Shown here: piece after piece, positions 13,875-27,519 of the stretch
Layout: the number at the start of each line of letters is the position of its first letter
Numbering within the stretch: position 1 is the stretch's first letter
Assembly (NCBI GenBank): GCA_951406725.2
Contig: OX597819.1
Location: forward strand, 98,270,001-98,334,000
Source of the DNA: Octopus vulgaris
Lineage: Eukaryota
Direction of reading: 5' to 3'
Length of the DNA stretch: 64,000 nucleotides
Translations under genes and position numbers: made by a program
Notes under the pieces: generated by a model
Database searches by the model: none
Told to the model about the DNA's origin: nothing
Seen by the model: the letters and a program-made list of their open reading frames with translations, nothing else

Positions 13875-15090
13875 ATAATAATAATTATTATTCATTGTTT
13901 CTGGGCTTATTATATGAGTCTCTGTCAATTTTTGTGGCCCTACTTTCGCTATTACTACTGCTCCCCGAGCAGTAGTAATAATAATTATAATAGTAACTCA
14001 GACAGCTCTGGGAATAACCCCGCCAAACACGAAACAAACTACGCGTACAACGTTCAAATCCTGGGTAAAAACAAACCAAAACATAAGAATAGGACAAGCA
14101 GAAGTAGGTACTTGAGAACCAATGATGGGATAGAGCAAAATAGCAACGGACAACTCATCAGCATCGTTAAACACAGAATATCACAAAATCGCAACACCAC
14201 TCCAAACTCCCGAACAAATAAACCTATAGGGGATATAAAAAAAACATAATGTCCTCTGATGCATCGCAATTTGGGACTCAAACGTCTCGTCCAAGATCGG
14301 GAAACAATTCTTCGCCGCACTCGATCGTTGCTTCCCTAAAGACAGTACCTACAACCAGCTGAGCACACTGTAAAAGTGTCGTATGCAAATTCGTCAAACA
14401 TGGGGCACAACATTCATATGACTAACAATCGAAAACTGAAACAGCGTGCAAGCAACTTCGAAAATAGGGCCACTAAAATTGACGGAGACTCATATAATAA
14501 GCCTAGAGACAATGAAAATACCAACCACATAACGCATCACAGTCACAATAACTCGAACAATAACACTAACCAAACAAAATACGGTAACTTCAACAACAAC
14601 TTTAGCAACCAACCAACACATGATATCCACAACAACTCAAATAACAACACAAATACACCCAGAAATAATAAAAATAAGGACAGGATAACTACGAGCACAA
14701 ATGAAAATAGCACTGACTGGACAGGTACTGGCCATACACACGCAAACAAAAAAAGTGGCAATTTATGCTCATGCAGAGACCGAGCGAAATGTCCTCTGGG
14801 TAACCAATGCAAGAGCCGCAATGTGGTGTACATGTGCACCGTAAATACTAGAGGAGGCTCGTATGTATATATCGGTGCATCGGCCAATATTTTCAATAAT
14901 AGATATTGAAGCCACATTGCCAGTTTCCGAAGAATCCATAAACGGCACGCAACATCACTGGCGACTCAAAGAAGAGAAAGTAAAATACGACCTGACCTGG
15001 TCAGTAATTAGACACGCCGTCCCTATAACAAACTATTCCAGAAATGCCAACTATGTTACAAAGAATCGCTGTCTATATTGTTGACGAAAG
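13875..15090 (+). mobile_element. Degenerate Penelope-like element (RT C-terminus, Cys linker, GIY-YIG)
   Basis: KIGKQFFAALDRCFP...TVKVSYANSSNM, then CSCRDRAKCPLGNQCKSRNVVYMCTV...YIGAS...FNNRY, then KYDLTWSVI, with frameshifts. 13890-13948 is an inverted copy of about 14458-14520. Confidence 0.85.
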
Positions 15091-15613
15091 AGAGGTTCAA
15101 AGAGAGGTTTGTATGTATATACGCATATATGGGTACAGGATGTCACAAAACGTAAACAAACGAGTTAGTTAAATACGTAAACAACGAGAAAAAATAGGAA
15201 AACAGGACAATTAGATACAGAGAAACGACCCTTCATCAGTTTTTGCCGGCTGTCTATCTACTCATTTCGAGCATTCAACGAGAATACGAATCTTCAAAGC
15301 CAGTTGCTCCCACAAATTCTAGAATAAAATTTAGGATTTATTGAGGGTCAAAGCTGGAAATAAAAACAGGACAGTGGAGACATACAACGAAACCGACGAA
15401 AACAATTATGGAGGGTCGTTAGACCAAAACGAGAGGAAAACAGTGAATGCCGGGAGAAACATTTTTTGAAAAGAGAAAAAATAGAAGAGAGAGAAAAAAA
15501 AACATCCGTTCTTATGAACGTCTGTGCAGGAAAAGAAAGATGGTCACGTGAGGAAAAGAAAGATGGACGATGGTCACGTGTGAGCAAGGAGAGAGAACGA
15601 GAGAAAAGAGAAC

Positions 15614-15660
<47 letters not shown>

Positions 15661-16045
15661 CGGTGAAGGTGGGAGGGGAGAAAACGGAATTAGAAAAAGA
15701 TTACAAATGTTTACTATTTTTGTTATGGAAAGTTAATAATAATGAAAAGTGTAGCAATGCTTCATTTCCTAACTCGACAGGCAAATAACAACATGACCGC
15801 CCAAACTCAAGATCTTTAGCGAGACACCACTTTATATATGGATGTACCTGATGTGACCCAGACTGCAAAATGGATGCAACACAACATCCGCCCATAAGGG
15901 ACAGTAGCAGGATTGGTCGAAACGATCGTCGTACAAAATAGACTAATACCAAATTCATCTTCTGGTTACTTAATCTATTATTATTATTATTATTATTGTT
16001 GTTGTTGTTGTTGTTGTTATTGTTGTTGTTGTTGTTATCATTATT

Positions 16046-16232
16046 AAGGCGGCGAGCTGGCAGTATCGTAGCACGCTCGTCGCTACGTTCTGAGTTCAAA
16101 TTCTGCCGAGGTCGACTTTGCCTTTCAGCATTTCAGGGTCGATAAATTAAGTACCAGTTGCGTACTGGTGTCTATCTAATCGACTGTCCCCCCTCCCCAA
16201 TAATTTCTGGCCTTTTGCCTAGAGTGGAAAAG
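16046..16232 (+). mobile_element. SINE family B
   Basis: aaggcggcgagctggcag...gagttcaaattc (B box)...gactttgcctttca..tttc.gggtcgataaattaagtaccag core. Further copies at 26480-26690, 42708-42925, 43043-43258, 45425-46050, 51410-51930 and 62000-62345, usually in (TAA)n. Confidence 0.8.
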
Positions 16233-16472
16233 ATTATTGTTGTTATCATTATTATTATTAATATTATTATTATTATTGAGTGAGAGAGCAGTTCATGCCA
16301 TCAAAGTGACACTGGGGTAAAATATACGAAGCCCAATATACCCATCATGACTACCCGTCTGATAAGGGTACACCAGGCACATGCATCACAACCATATGTG
16401 CGCGACATGGTGATCTCATATCAAGATAAACAGCACATGACCTTGCAGATGGGGCCCAGTTAGAATTTTCTA

Positions 16473-16544
<72 letters not shown>

Positions 16545-16555
16545 CATTATTATTA

Positions 16556-16610
<55 letters not shown>

Positions 16611-16611
<1 letters not shown>

Positions 16612-17168
16612 GAGTGAGAGAGCAGTGCATGCCATCAAAGTGACACTGGGGTACAAATATACGAAGCCCAGTATACCCATCATGACTACCCGTCTGATAA
16701 GGGTACACCAGGCATATGCATCACAACCATATGTGTGCGACATGGTAATCTCATAACAAAATAAATAGCGCATGATCTTGCGGGTGGGGCCCAGTTATAA
16801 TTTTCTTCTGGTTGGGTAACCCATCCCACTTAAAAGGTCCCTGATTAAGGGTTGTTTAAGGATGTTGAATGAAACATCCATGTTTCTATAGGTGAATCAT
16901 TCAAACCCTAAAGAATCCCTCTCAACACATGGCTATGATGCTCCCCTACTACTTCTGCTCGTGATCAGAGATGTACATATCGTCAGCCACTAAGAGACAT
17001 GCTCAACTGGTTAAGGCCAAACAACTGACAAGCAAATCTGTGGTATTGAGCAGAATATTTGTTGTAGCCCATCTTTTATACCAAGACAAAACAATGTACA
17101 TGATAACACTTCCAGTCAGTTAAGATCAGAAGCCATGAGAGCCGCTGCCTGGTACTGCATCAGAGCAT
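16611..17168 (-). mobile_element. ~560-bp non-coding (TAA)n-associated interspersed repeat
   Basis: Copies at 16277-16470 (partial tandem), 26085-26398, 26690-27010, 32293-32835 and 44820-45025. Most end in ...gcactg.tc.ctcactc followed by (AAT)n. Confidence 0.8.
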
Positions 17169-17687
<519 letters not shown>

Positions 17688-17957
17688 CGCACATACATAG
17701 ATGCATTTACACACTCAGGCGTGTGTATGTATATGTATGTGGGTATAAATGCACCTATGTATGTTTGTGCATATTTATATGATTATTGGTTTTTTGCATG
17801 CGCGCGTGTGCGTGTGAGTGAGAGAGAAACAGACAGATAGATAGACAGAAAGACAGACAGAGTGTTGCGAGTAAATACTGCTGTATATGTGTTCTTGCGT
17901 GAGTGTATGTGTGTGTGTGTGTGCGTGTGTGTGTGTATTTGTATGTGGTTGTGTGTG

Positions 17958-17990
<33 letters not shown>

Positions 17991-18986
17991 TCCGGTGAAA
18001 GAAAGTAGGACAAAAAGGAAGTAGGAGTGAAAGTAAATTCGCTAAGTGGGAGGAATGGGTAGAGGAGGTGCATCCGTTGTCAGTGGGGGACAAAAAAGCA
18101 GTCTGTGTATTGGTGTAATTGTGTATGTAGTGTAAGCCGAGCGCAGAGGTAAACCTTATATACACTACAACTGCATTATAGGGAGCAGCTGCCTGCTGTA
18201 GTATAATATCAGTCATATACATCAACGGGACTTTTAACAGAGGAACGGACTGTTGTTCGCCGTTTACATCGTATCTGCACGGTGCGCAAAAAGTACGGTG
18301 GATTTTTCTCCCGCTGTTGATGTAAATATGGACTGTTACAGGCAAGACACTCTTGTGGTACGTACTTCTAATGTATTTCTATGTATGTATGTATGTATGT
18401 ATGTATGTACGTATAACTCTTTAACTCTTTTACTTGTTTCAGTCATTTGACTGCTGCCATGCTGGAGCACCGCCTTTAATCGAGCAAATCGACCCCGGGA
18501 CTTATTCTTTGTAAACCCAGTACTTATTCAATCGGTCTCTTTTGCCGAACCGCTAAGTGACGGGGACGTAAACACACCAGCATCGGTTGTCAAGCAATGC
18601 TAGGAGGACAAACACAGACATACAAACACACACACAGATATATATATATATATATACATATATACGACAGGCTTCTTTCAATTTCCGTCTACCAAATCCA
18701 CTCACAAGGCATTGGTCGGCCCGGGGCTATAGTATGTATGTATGTATGTATGTATGTATGTATGTATGTATGTATGTATGTATGTATGTATGTATGGGTG
18801 TGTGTGTGTGTGTGTGTGTGTGTACATGTAACATATATGTGTGTTTTTATATTTGCCGGCGTGACAGATATGAAGCACATTTGTAAATATTTACATATAC
18901 ATCCAACGGGGGTTTTTTAAAACCAATATTTACATGCTATCATTATTACCTTTATGTGATTCGAGATTCACTGTTTCATATACATG

Positions 18987-19036
<50 letters not shown>

Positions 19037-19303
19037 TAAAGTATACCTTTTTGTACCCTACGCCACCTCTGCACCAGATTTTTGCTTTAAGCTAGATTTG
19101 GTACTTGAATATCTTCGATAGTTAATTAATATATGTGTGTGTGTGTGTGTATGTGTCTATAGTATGGTATAGTATAGTATAGTATGGTATATATAATACA
19201 CACACATGTATATATACACATTTACACACACACACATATATATAAGCATACATATGTGTGTATGTATATGTATGCATGCATACATATATATGTATATGTG
19301 TGT

Positions 19304-19361
<58 letters not shown>

Positions 19362-19599
19362 CTTTCTCTCTACTCATCCTCTTTTTCTCTTCTCTTTCCT
19401 CTGATTCTTTGGTCTAGTCTTCCACTACCCTCCTATTTCTTTGTCTCGCTCTGCACTCACAGGTCATTCTTCGACACCCATCCCTTCTCCTCTCTGATTC
19501 CTTCTTTCTCTCTCTTCTCTCTCTTTGTTGCGTTTGTCCCTCCTCTCTCTCTCTCTTCCTTTGCTTCTCTTTCTTTTCTTTTCCCTCTTCTCTGTCACG

Positions 19600-20079
19600 T
19601 GACTGTTGGCCGAAATCTGCCTTTCAGCCTCTGACCCTCGTTCTGTTAACATCGCTGTTTTCGTCCGCCACTATAAAGGCTTTTTCCATTGCGCCAGAGA
19701 AAAAATTTGTTTGCTTGTTATCAGTCGTAAGACACTGTTGTTTTCACCGTTAATGCTTCTGTATTTCATGTTTCTGTATTCCATTATTGTTTTTTGTTTT
19801 TTTTTTTATATCTGTCCCTTTTGCTGTCCTGGTGTTCGTATGCATTCGATCCTTCTTCCAGGAAATCTACGCTTCCAGCTTAGTTTTTCCAATGCTCGTT
19901 GCTTGGTTTTTCTTGGAGGGCTGGCCGTGATCTAGTAATCTCAAGATTAATCAGCCGAAATTACTACGATGATCCGGTTCTTGACTGAAGACTGAGGGTT
20001 TCGAATGTCCTGTCCGTGTTTATTGTGTCGTCTTCTAAGAGTTATACGTTCTTGTCCATGTTGTATTTTTCTACATACC

Positions 20080-20085
<6 letters not shown>
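19600..20085 (+). mobile_element. (TA)n-associated repeat family (also 7797-7915, 20205-20330, 29923-29992, 55767-55945)
   Basis: Shared atcagccgaaatt...gatgatccggttcttgactgaagat...ttcgaatgtcc. Confidence 0.7.
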
Positions 20086-20117
<32 letters not shown>

Positions 20118-20325
20118 CCAGCATGGCCACAGCTCATTAGCTGAAACTGGAAAAATCAAAATCAAAAATCAAAATCATATGTATGTATGTATGTATATGT
20201 ATATGTAAAAAAACACAAACTGGGACAAGAACGGCAAAACATTTAGAAGACGATACAAAAAAACGGACGGGACATTCGAAGCCTTCGATCTTCAGCCAAG
20301 AACCGGATCATCTTCGCAATTTCGG

Positions 20326-20380
<55 letters not shown>

Positions 20381-20758
20381 GCACACACACACGCACACAT
20401 ATACATATATATGTATAGGTGTAAGGCGTATCTGTGTAGTAAGAAGCTTGCTTCTCAACCATATGGTTCCAGGTTCAGTCCCACTGCCTGGCACCTTGGG
20501 CAAATGTCTTTAGCTATGGCCTCGGGTCGACGACCAAAGCCTTGTGAGTGGATTGGGAAGACTGAAACAGAAAGAAGCTCGTCGTGCATACACACACACA
20601 CACACACACACGCACACACACATATATATATAGTGAGAATTTACAAAAAAATAGATGAAGACGACTGCGTAAACAAGAAACAGATGTATTAGTTTAACGC
20701 TCAGGAAGCGAGAAAGTCTTTTACTTATATATACACACATACACACACGCACACACAC

Positions 20759-20828
<70 letters not shown>

Positions 20829-21357
20829 AAGGTATTCTAACAATGACCACCCCGTTTCTTTTTCAGTCCTGTTATACAGTCAGTCCTAGAGAATTATATT
20901 ATTTCATACAGTGGTTCTCAAACAATTTTACTTATGTACCATTTTAACCCCTATTTCTCTTGGATGGACCCTTGAAGCCACTCAACGTTTAAAAAAAAAT
21001 TCCTTTATATTTATATAATTAAATATCGGGTTGTCCGGCAAGTTCGTGCCGATTATTTTGATTAATATACTCTACCACCTACACCACTAAATGGTATATA
21101 CAGGTGCTTGCAATTATCAAGTATTCACCCTGAATTTATGTATGTATGTATGTATGTATGTATGTATGTATGTATGTATGTATGTATGTATGCCTATGTT
21201 CCCCCCACCCCCATCATCGCTTGACAACCGATGTTGATGTGTTTACGTTCCCTTAACTTAGCGGTTCGGCATAGGAGAGGGATAGAATAAGTACTGGGCT
21301 TACAAAGAATTAGTCCTGTGGTCGATTTGTTCGACTAAACGCGGTGCCCCAGGATGG

Positions 21358-21403
<46 letters not shown>

Positions 21404-21490
21404 TATATATATATATACCTCGCTATTGATAAACCTCGCTATTGATAAACCTCGCTATTGATAAACCTCGCTAAGATAAATATTTCAATT

Positions 21491-21557
21491 ACCTGAAGAT
21501 TGACTGTAACCATAACTCGAATTATTACGAATTGGACAGCCATGAAACGATTGTAGT
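21491..21557 (+). ncRNA. Type I hammerhead ribozyme motif (weak stem I)
   Basis: ac-CTGAAGA-[ttgactgt...acagccat]-GAAA-cgattg-TA-gt. Confidence 0.6.
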
Positions 21558-21696
21558 GTTTTACTCATTATCTTTTATTAAATTTTAATACTTTTGATAT
21601 ATATTTAAAATAATATAAATCAATTAATTTTATGTATTGGCTTAAGTTTTTCATCGTTTGATTTGCCTAATAGTGGTTTTAGCTCTAATTTAATAT

Positions 21697-21745
<49 letters not shown>

Positions 21746-21832
21746 CAATTGAGGGTAAAATTAATTAATTAATCAATTTCACCAAGTGTTCAGTATGTAA
21801 AAGGACCATTTAAGGCGAATTCAAAATATTAC

Positions 21833-22105
21833 ATTATATAATTAGGGCTTAGTAAAATAAATTACTTTGCCACATACTGAACTTAGTAGAAATAGGAGCC
21901 AAAAAATTTTTCTTAGCATTTCTACTACTTAAAGAAAATTTCTCTCAGATAATGTTTACTCCAGACAGCTCACCTTCGTGAGCTGTCTGGAGTAAACATT
22001 ATCTGAGAGAAATTTTCTTTAAGTAGTAGAAATGCTAAGAAAAATTTTTTGCTCTATTTCTATAAGTTCAGTATGTGGCAAAGTAATTTATTTACTAAGC
22101 CTAAT

Positions 22106-22113
<8 letters not shown>
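21833..22113. repeat. ~140-bp inverted repeat with 4-nt loop
   Basis: ...ccagacagctcac-cttc-gtgagctgtctgg...; the arms extend to attatataattag / ctaattatataat. Confidence 0.95.
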
Positions 22114-22148
<35 letters not shown>

Positions 22149-23254
22149 TAAAGATGTGTGTGTATGTGTTTATCTTGGATGCTGAAATTGTTTTGACTTC
22201 TAATTGACAACTGAAGGAAGGGACGGATTTGTGCTCGATCAAGCTGAGGTTTTATGCTGTTAGGGCGTTACGTTTCATAAGTACCACGTGCACTCGCGTA
22301 CACACGCGTGCATACACACGCGCACATGCCCACACACAAACACACATACACGTACACACACACACACACGCACGCAGACAGCCACACATAACAACATACA
22401 TATACATACACATGCGCCACCGATCAAAGTTGTGTGTGTGTGTGTGTGTGTGTGGTTGTATTTTATATTCTAAAGTTGATACTGTGACACTAATTAGGTA
22501 ATGTAGCGCACAGCTAGCAGAGGCGTTGTCAGTTCGTATCCAACCAACGGTATTGTGTCTAACAGGCACAACGCTCATTCTTAATTGCCCATGTGAACTT
22601 AAGCTCTAAATAGGCGCCACCGAGGTGGAGCAATTGATGGTAACGCTAGAAAAATGATAAATGTTTCGAAGACTTGCTGTACAAAGTTCAACATTTCATG
22701 TATGACGCTGGGACAACGATTGTAGTATAATTCCAATCTCGTTGTTTAGTATAGCTATGATCAAAGGCGTTCCAACCGTCACCGACCAATCTTTTTTAAA
22801 TTGTAGGATGTGGATTTTAATGTTAGTTGCTGTTTAACCCCAGGTCAGCTCTCAATGAGTAAATATATATCAAAGGCATTCTAACAATGACCACCCCATT
22901 TCTTTTTCAGTCCTGTTATACAGTCAGTCCTAGAGAATTATATTATTTCATACAATGGTTCTCAAACAATTTTACTTATGTACCATTTTAACCCCTATTT
23001 CTCTTGGATGGACCCTTGAAGCCACTCAACGTTTAAAAAAATTCTATCTTTTCCTTTATCATTTACTTGTTTCAGTCATTAGACTGCGGCCATGCTGAGG
23101 CACCACCTTAAAGAATTTGTAGTCGGATGAATCGACCTCAGCACTTATTTTATTTATTAAGCTTTGTACTTATTTTATCGGTCTCTTACCGAACCACTTA
23201 CTTTCGTGGAAGCAAACACTCGAACACCAGTTATCAAGCAGTGATGGGGAACAA

Positions 23255-23285
<31 letters not shown>

Positions 23286-23917
23286 ATACACACACACATG
23301 TATAATACACACACACACACACACATACACACGACTGTCTACTTTCAGTTTCGGCCTACCAAATCCAATCTCAAGGCTTTGGTCAGCCCGAGGCTATAAA
23401 AGAAGACACTTGCCCAAGCTACTGTTCAGTGGAAGTGAACCTGGAATCATGTGTTTGAGAAGCAAATTTCTTACCACACAGCCACGTCTGCACCTGATAA
23501 GTAATAATTAAAAAAAAAGAAGAAAAGAAATTAGACCACGTTATTAAACTCCTCAGGATGCTACGTAGAACCAAGTTATATAAAAGGGGTTATTTAATAA
23601 ATTTATTTAGAAAAGCGATTTTAATCAAGTATACAGTTCTCCTCTTTGTCACACCCACTGAGATGCTATCTCGCACCTCCAGAAAGTATGGGCACCCCAG
23701 GATGGGAATTCTTGTAGTAAAGGTTCTTTCACTGGGTCGACTAGTTTAATATTTTAAAACTAAATATTGATGAAGCTATAAATATGTATGAAAGAATAAC
23801 AAAAATGAGAGAATTCAGAGTATATAGAAAAATAAAACAGAAGAACAAAGGTAGAAAAATAAAGTTATTCATATATACTCTGAATTCTCTGTCTGGAACT
23901 CGCCAACATACATACCT

Positions 23918-23995
23918 TGTCTCTGATGATGGAATACCCAGTGTATGGGAAGGTTGATCCATTACCTGGGATATCCCAGAAACAGCTGTAAGACA
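23918..23995 (+). ncRNA. Type I hammerhead ribozyme motif, long stem II
   Basis: tgtct-CTGATGA-[tggaatacccag...ctgggatatccca]-GAAA-cagctg-TA-agaca. The core is canonical and stem III is palindromic. Confidence 0.85.
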
Positions 23996-24418
23996 TTAAT
24001 TCTACTTCTCATTTTTTTGATTCACCTAACTCTAATTAAATATTCTAAATGACCTGAAATACTCGTCCTGCTTTGGTTTTGTTGTCCATTTTTCTTTACA
24101 ATATACCTGCTACCTCAGAAGCCTACTATGGATTCCTAGCTCCAGCCTCAGCTGTGAGTTTGGAACCTAACGGATGACCAATTATAACACTTACGCAACG
24201 TACTTATTGGTTTAGATCATCAATGAACAGAACTCCTCATATTTTATAAATAAGAAATTGTGGTTCAACAATGATACTTAAAATTTATCTGTGTGTGTAT
24301 GTGTGTGTGTATACACAAACGCCCCATGAGCAAATAATCTCACACACAAGTGCACACAAGTACAAACAAAAATACACAAATATATAAGCTGAACAAGATA
24401 CATACATATATATATATA

Positions 24419-24488
<70 letters not shown>

Positions 24489-24892
24489 ATATATATATAT
24501 ATAATATATATGTAATATATATATAATATATTGATTGATTGATTGATTCTAGTTTCAGCTCACGAGCTGTGGCCATGCTGGGGCACTTAAGCAAAATACA
24601 TACTTGGGGAGTGGTCAAGGAGTCAGTGGTAAGTTAGATGAAAGAATAGATAAATAAAAATAAAATAATAAAATTATTTTATTTTTTTATTTTTTTTTTA
24701 TTTTTTTATTTTTATTTTATTATTTTATTTTTTTATTTTTTTATTTATCTATTCTTTCATCTAACTTACCACTGACTCCTTGACCACTCCCCAAGTATGA
24801 TATTTTGCGCTATGCCTACCCCCAAAAAGTCCCCACCACCACTCCTTTAAACCTGCCTAAATGTATAAATGCTAATACAATTCTTGTTAAAT

Positions 24893-24943
24893 AGCTTCCT
24901 GAAGATTTCTCTTGAATGAAACAGTACTAGTCCTGTAGAAGCT
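24893..24943 (+). ncRNA. Type I hammerhead ribozyme motif
   Basis: agcttc-CTGAAGA-[tttctcttgaat]-GAAA-cagtactagtcctg-TA-gaagct. Stem III is one mismatch from the palindrome caggactagtcctg. Confidence 0.8.
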
Positions 24944-24956
24944 CTTCTATATAATA

Positions 24957-25017
<61 letters not shown>

Positions 25018-25034
25018 GTAATATATATATAATA

Positions 25035-25083
<49 letters not shown>

Positions 25084-25322
25084 GTGTGTGTGTGTGTGTG
25101 TGTGTATATCTATCTATCTATCTATATATATATATACTTGACTGCTAGATCCACAAGTTTTTTTTTATTCACTCTCTGCTTATTTTCTTTTATTCCCTTG
25201 TTTTGAAGAGCGTAGTTTCGAAACGTAAAAGACTTTCAGACTTTCCAAGCGTCAAACTAATTCACCTGTTTTGTTGTTCATACCCCTGTCTTCGTCTTTT
25301 GTTTTTCTTTAAATTTCAACTG

Positions 25323-25419
<97 letters not shown>

Positions 25420-26401
25420 TAGTTAACGTACATTTTAAGTAAAAAAATAACTTACAAATGTAAGTTAAATATGATGATTTCGTGTGCCATAGGGAGGATA
25501 GGTTCCGAGGTTTCACCAAGGACCTTTTTTTTTTTTTGCGAGAAATTACACAACGCGAAATGTCTTGCTGTTCGTGGAAAACCGCTTCTCGAAAAAGTCG
25601 GAGACATGCCCGACCTGAATTGTCACAACTCACCTGTCTTGATCACGCACAAATCTAATTAATTTTATTGAATGTTTCCTTTCGTTTACACAACAGCTGA
25701 AACTAGGTGAAATCGACCACGAATCAACCCAGTACTTGACCAACGCTTTGTTCTATTGTTCCCCGAGAGATAAGAAAAAATCGGCTACAGCAGGAATTCA
25801 ATTATTTCTGTAAATAAGAACATGACTAATCACAGCAGGAATCTTTCTAGCCATCACCTTCGTAATAATAATAATAATAATAATAATAACATAAGCACAA
25901 AACCACGAGTTTGGGGAAAACGGTTAGTCTCTCACATTGCCCCAGTACCTGTTATAGTAATTTATTGACCTCGAATGGACGAAAAGCTGTTAGTCTTTTC
26001 GAAATTTGAACTCAGAATGTAAGGAAGCGGAACAAATATCGTGAAATATTTTCCCGACGCTCTATCGATTGTCCCAGCTCGTCATGTGTTGAGAGGAATT
26101 CTTTGGGGTTTGAACAATTCACCTCTGGAAATATGGGTGTTTTGTGCATCATCCTTAAACAAATCTTAATCAGGTACCTTTTGAGCGGCATGGGCTACTC
26201 AGGCTGAAGAAAATTCTAACTGGGTCCCATCTGCAAGGTCATGCGCTGTTTATTTTGTTATGAGATCACCTGTCGGGCACATATGGTTGTGAAGCATGTG
26301 CCTGTGCCCTTATCAGACGGGTAGTCATAATGGGTATATTGGGCTTCGTATATATTACTCTGGTGTCACTTTGGTGGCATGCACTGCTCCCTCACTCAAT
26401 G

Positions 26402-26447
<46 letters not shown>

Positions 26448-27519
26448 TACCAACAACAACAACAATAATAATAATAATAATGGTTTCAAATTTTGCCACA
26501 AGGGTAGCAATTGGGGGAGAGGTTGTGTTGATTACATCGACCCCAGTGTTCAACTGGTACTTAATTTATCGACCCGATAGGATGAAAGACAAAGCCGACC
26601 TTGGTGGAATTGGAACTCAGAACGTATCTACCGACGAAGTACCACGAAGCACATCGCCCGGTGTGCTAACGATTCTACCAGCTCGCCTGTCCTGACACAG
26701 TACAAGGCAAGCTCTCGTGGCTTCTGATTTTAACTGATTGGAAGTGTTATCATGTACATATTGGTGTAAAAACGGACTACAACAACTATTCTGCTCAATA
26801 CCGCAGATTTGTTTGTAATTTGCTTGGCCGTAACCAGTTGAGCATATCTTTTAATGGTTCACGGTATGTACATCTCTGATCATGGGCAAGAGTAGTGAGA
26901 GAGTATCATAGTTATGTTTTGAGACGAATTCTTTGAGTGTTTGAATTTTCATCCTTGGAAACATCAATCTGTCGTTCATCATCCTTAAACAACCCTTATT
27001 TAGGGATCTATTGAGTGGGAATAGACACAGATAGAGAAATTAAGATCAATAGGCCGGATATAGTTGTCAGGGATCACCAAGAAAAGATGCTTTCTAATCG
27101 ATATATCAATACTAACAGATGACGACGTTTCCCTAAAAGAAATGGAGAAACTTTCAAAATATGTTTCATAATTGGCCACATATTGCTGAACAAAGAGGAG
27201 ACAAAATACAAAGTAGAGTTTTTTTCTTTTGGGGAAGAAGAAGAGAAGGAAAAAAGAAAAAAATGTGGGTCGAATTCCGATCAAAAGGGATCGTGGCAAA
27301 AAAATGTGGGGCCGATCAATAGGGATCGTGTATCACAGAAATGTCAATGTAAAAAGAGAAAACAGATTAGGTTTATCCGTGGAAAGAAAGGCCTACGGAA
27401 AAAAGACTCCGGGAAACTTGGGCAATAGGACAAATTTATATTATTTAATCTCAACCGTAGCAAGGCTCTATAACCTCACAGGGAACGGGCTTGGACGGAT
27501 CGGCGGGAAAAAAATACCC

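Noticed and set aside
19920-20010. gccgaaatt...ctgaaga family as a type II hammerhead
   Set aside because: No convincing stem I or stem III with a UH cleavage site. At most it is a derived fold.
21417-21480. CRISPR-like array
   Set aside because: These are spacerless tandem 16-mers in eukaryotic DNA, with no cas genes.
25200-25235. ttgaagagcgtagtttcgaaacgta hammerhead-like motif
   Set aside because: Core spacing and stem II do not fit, and the 3-8 pair is not Watson-Crick.
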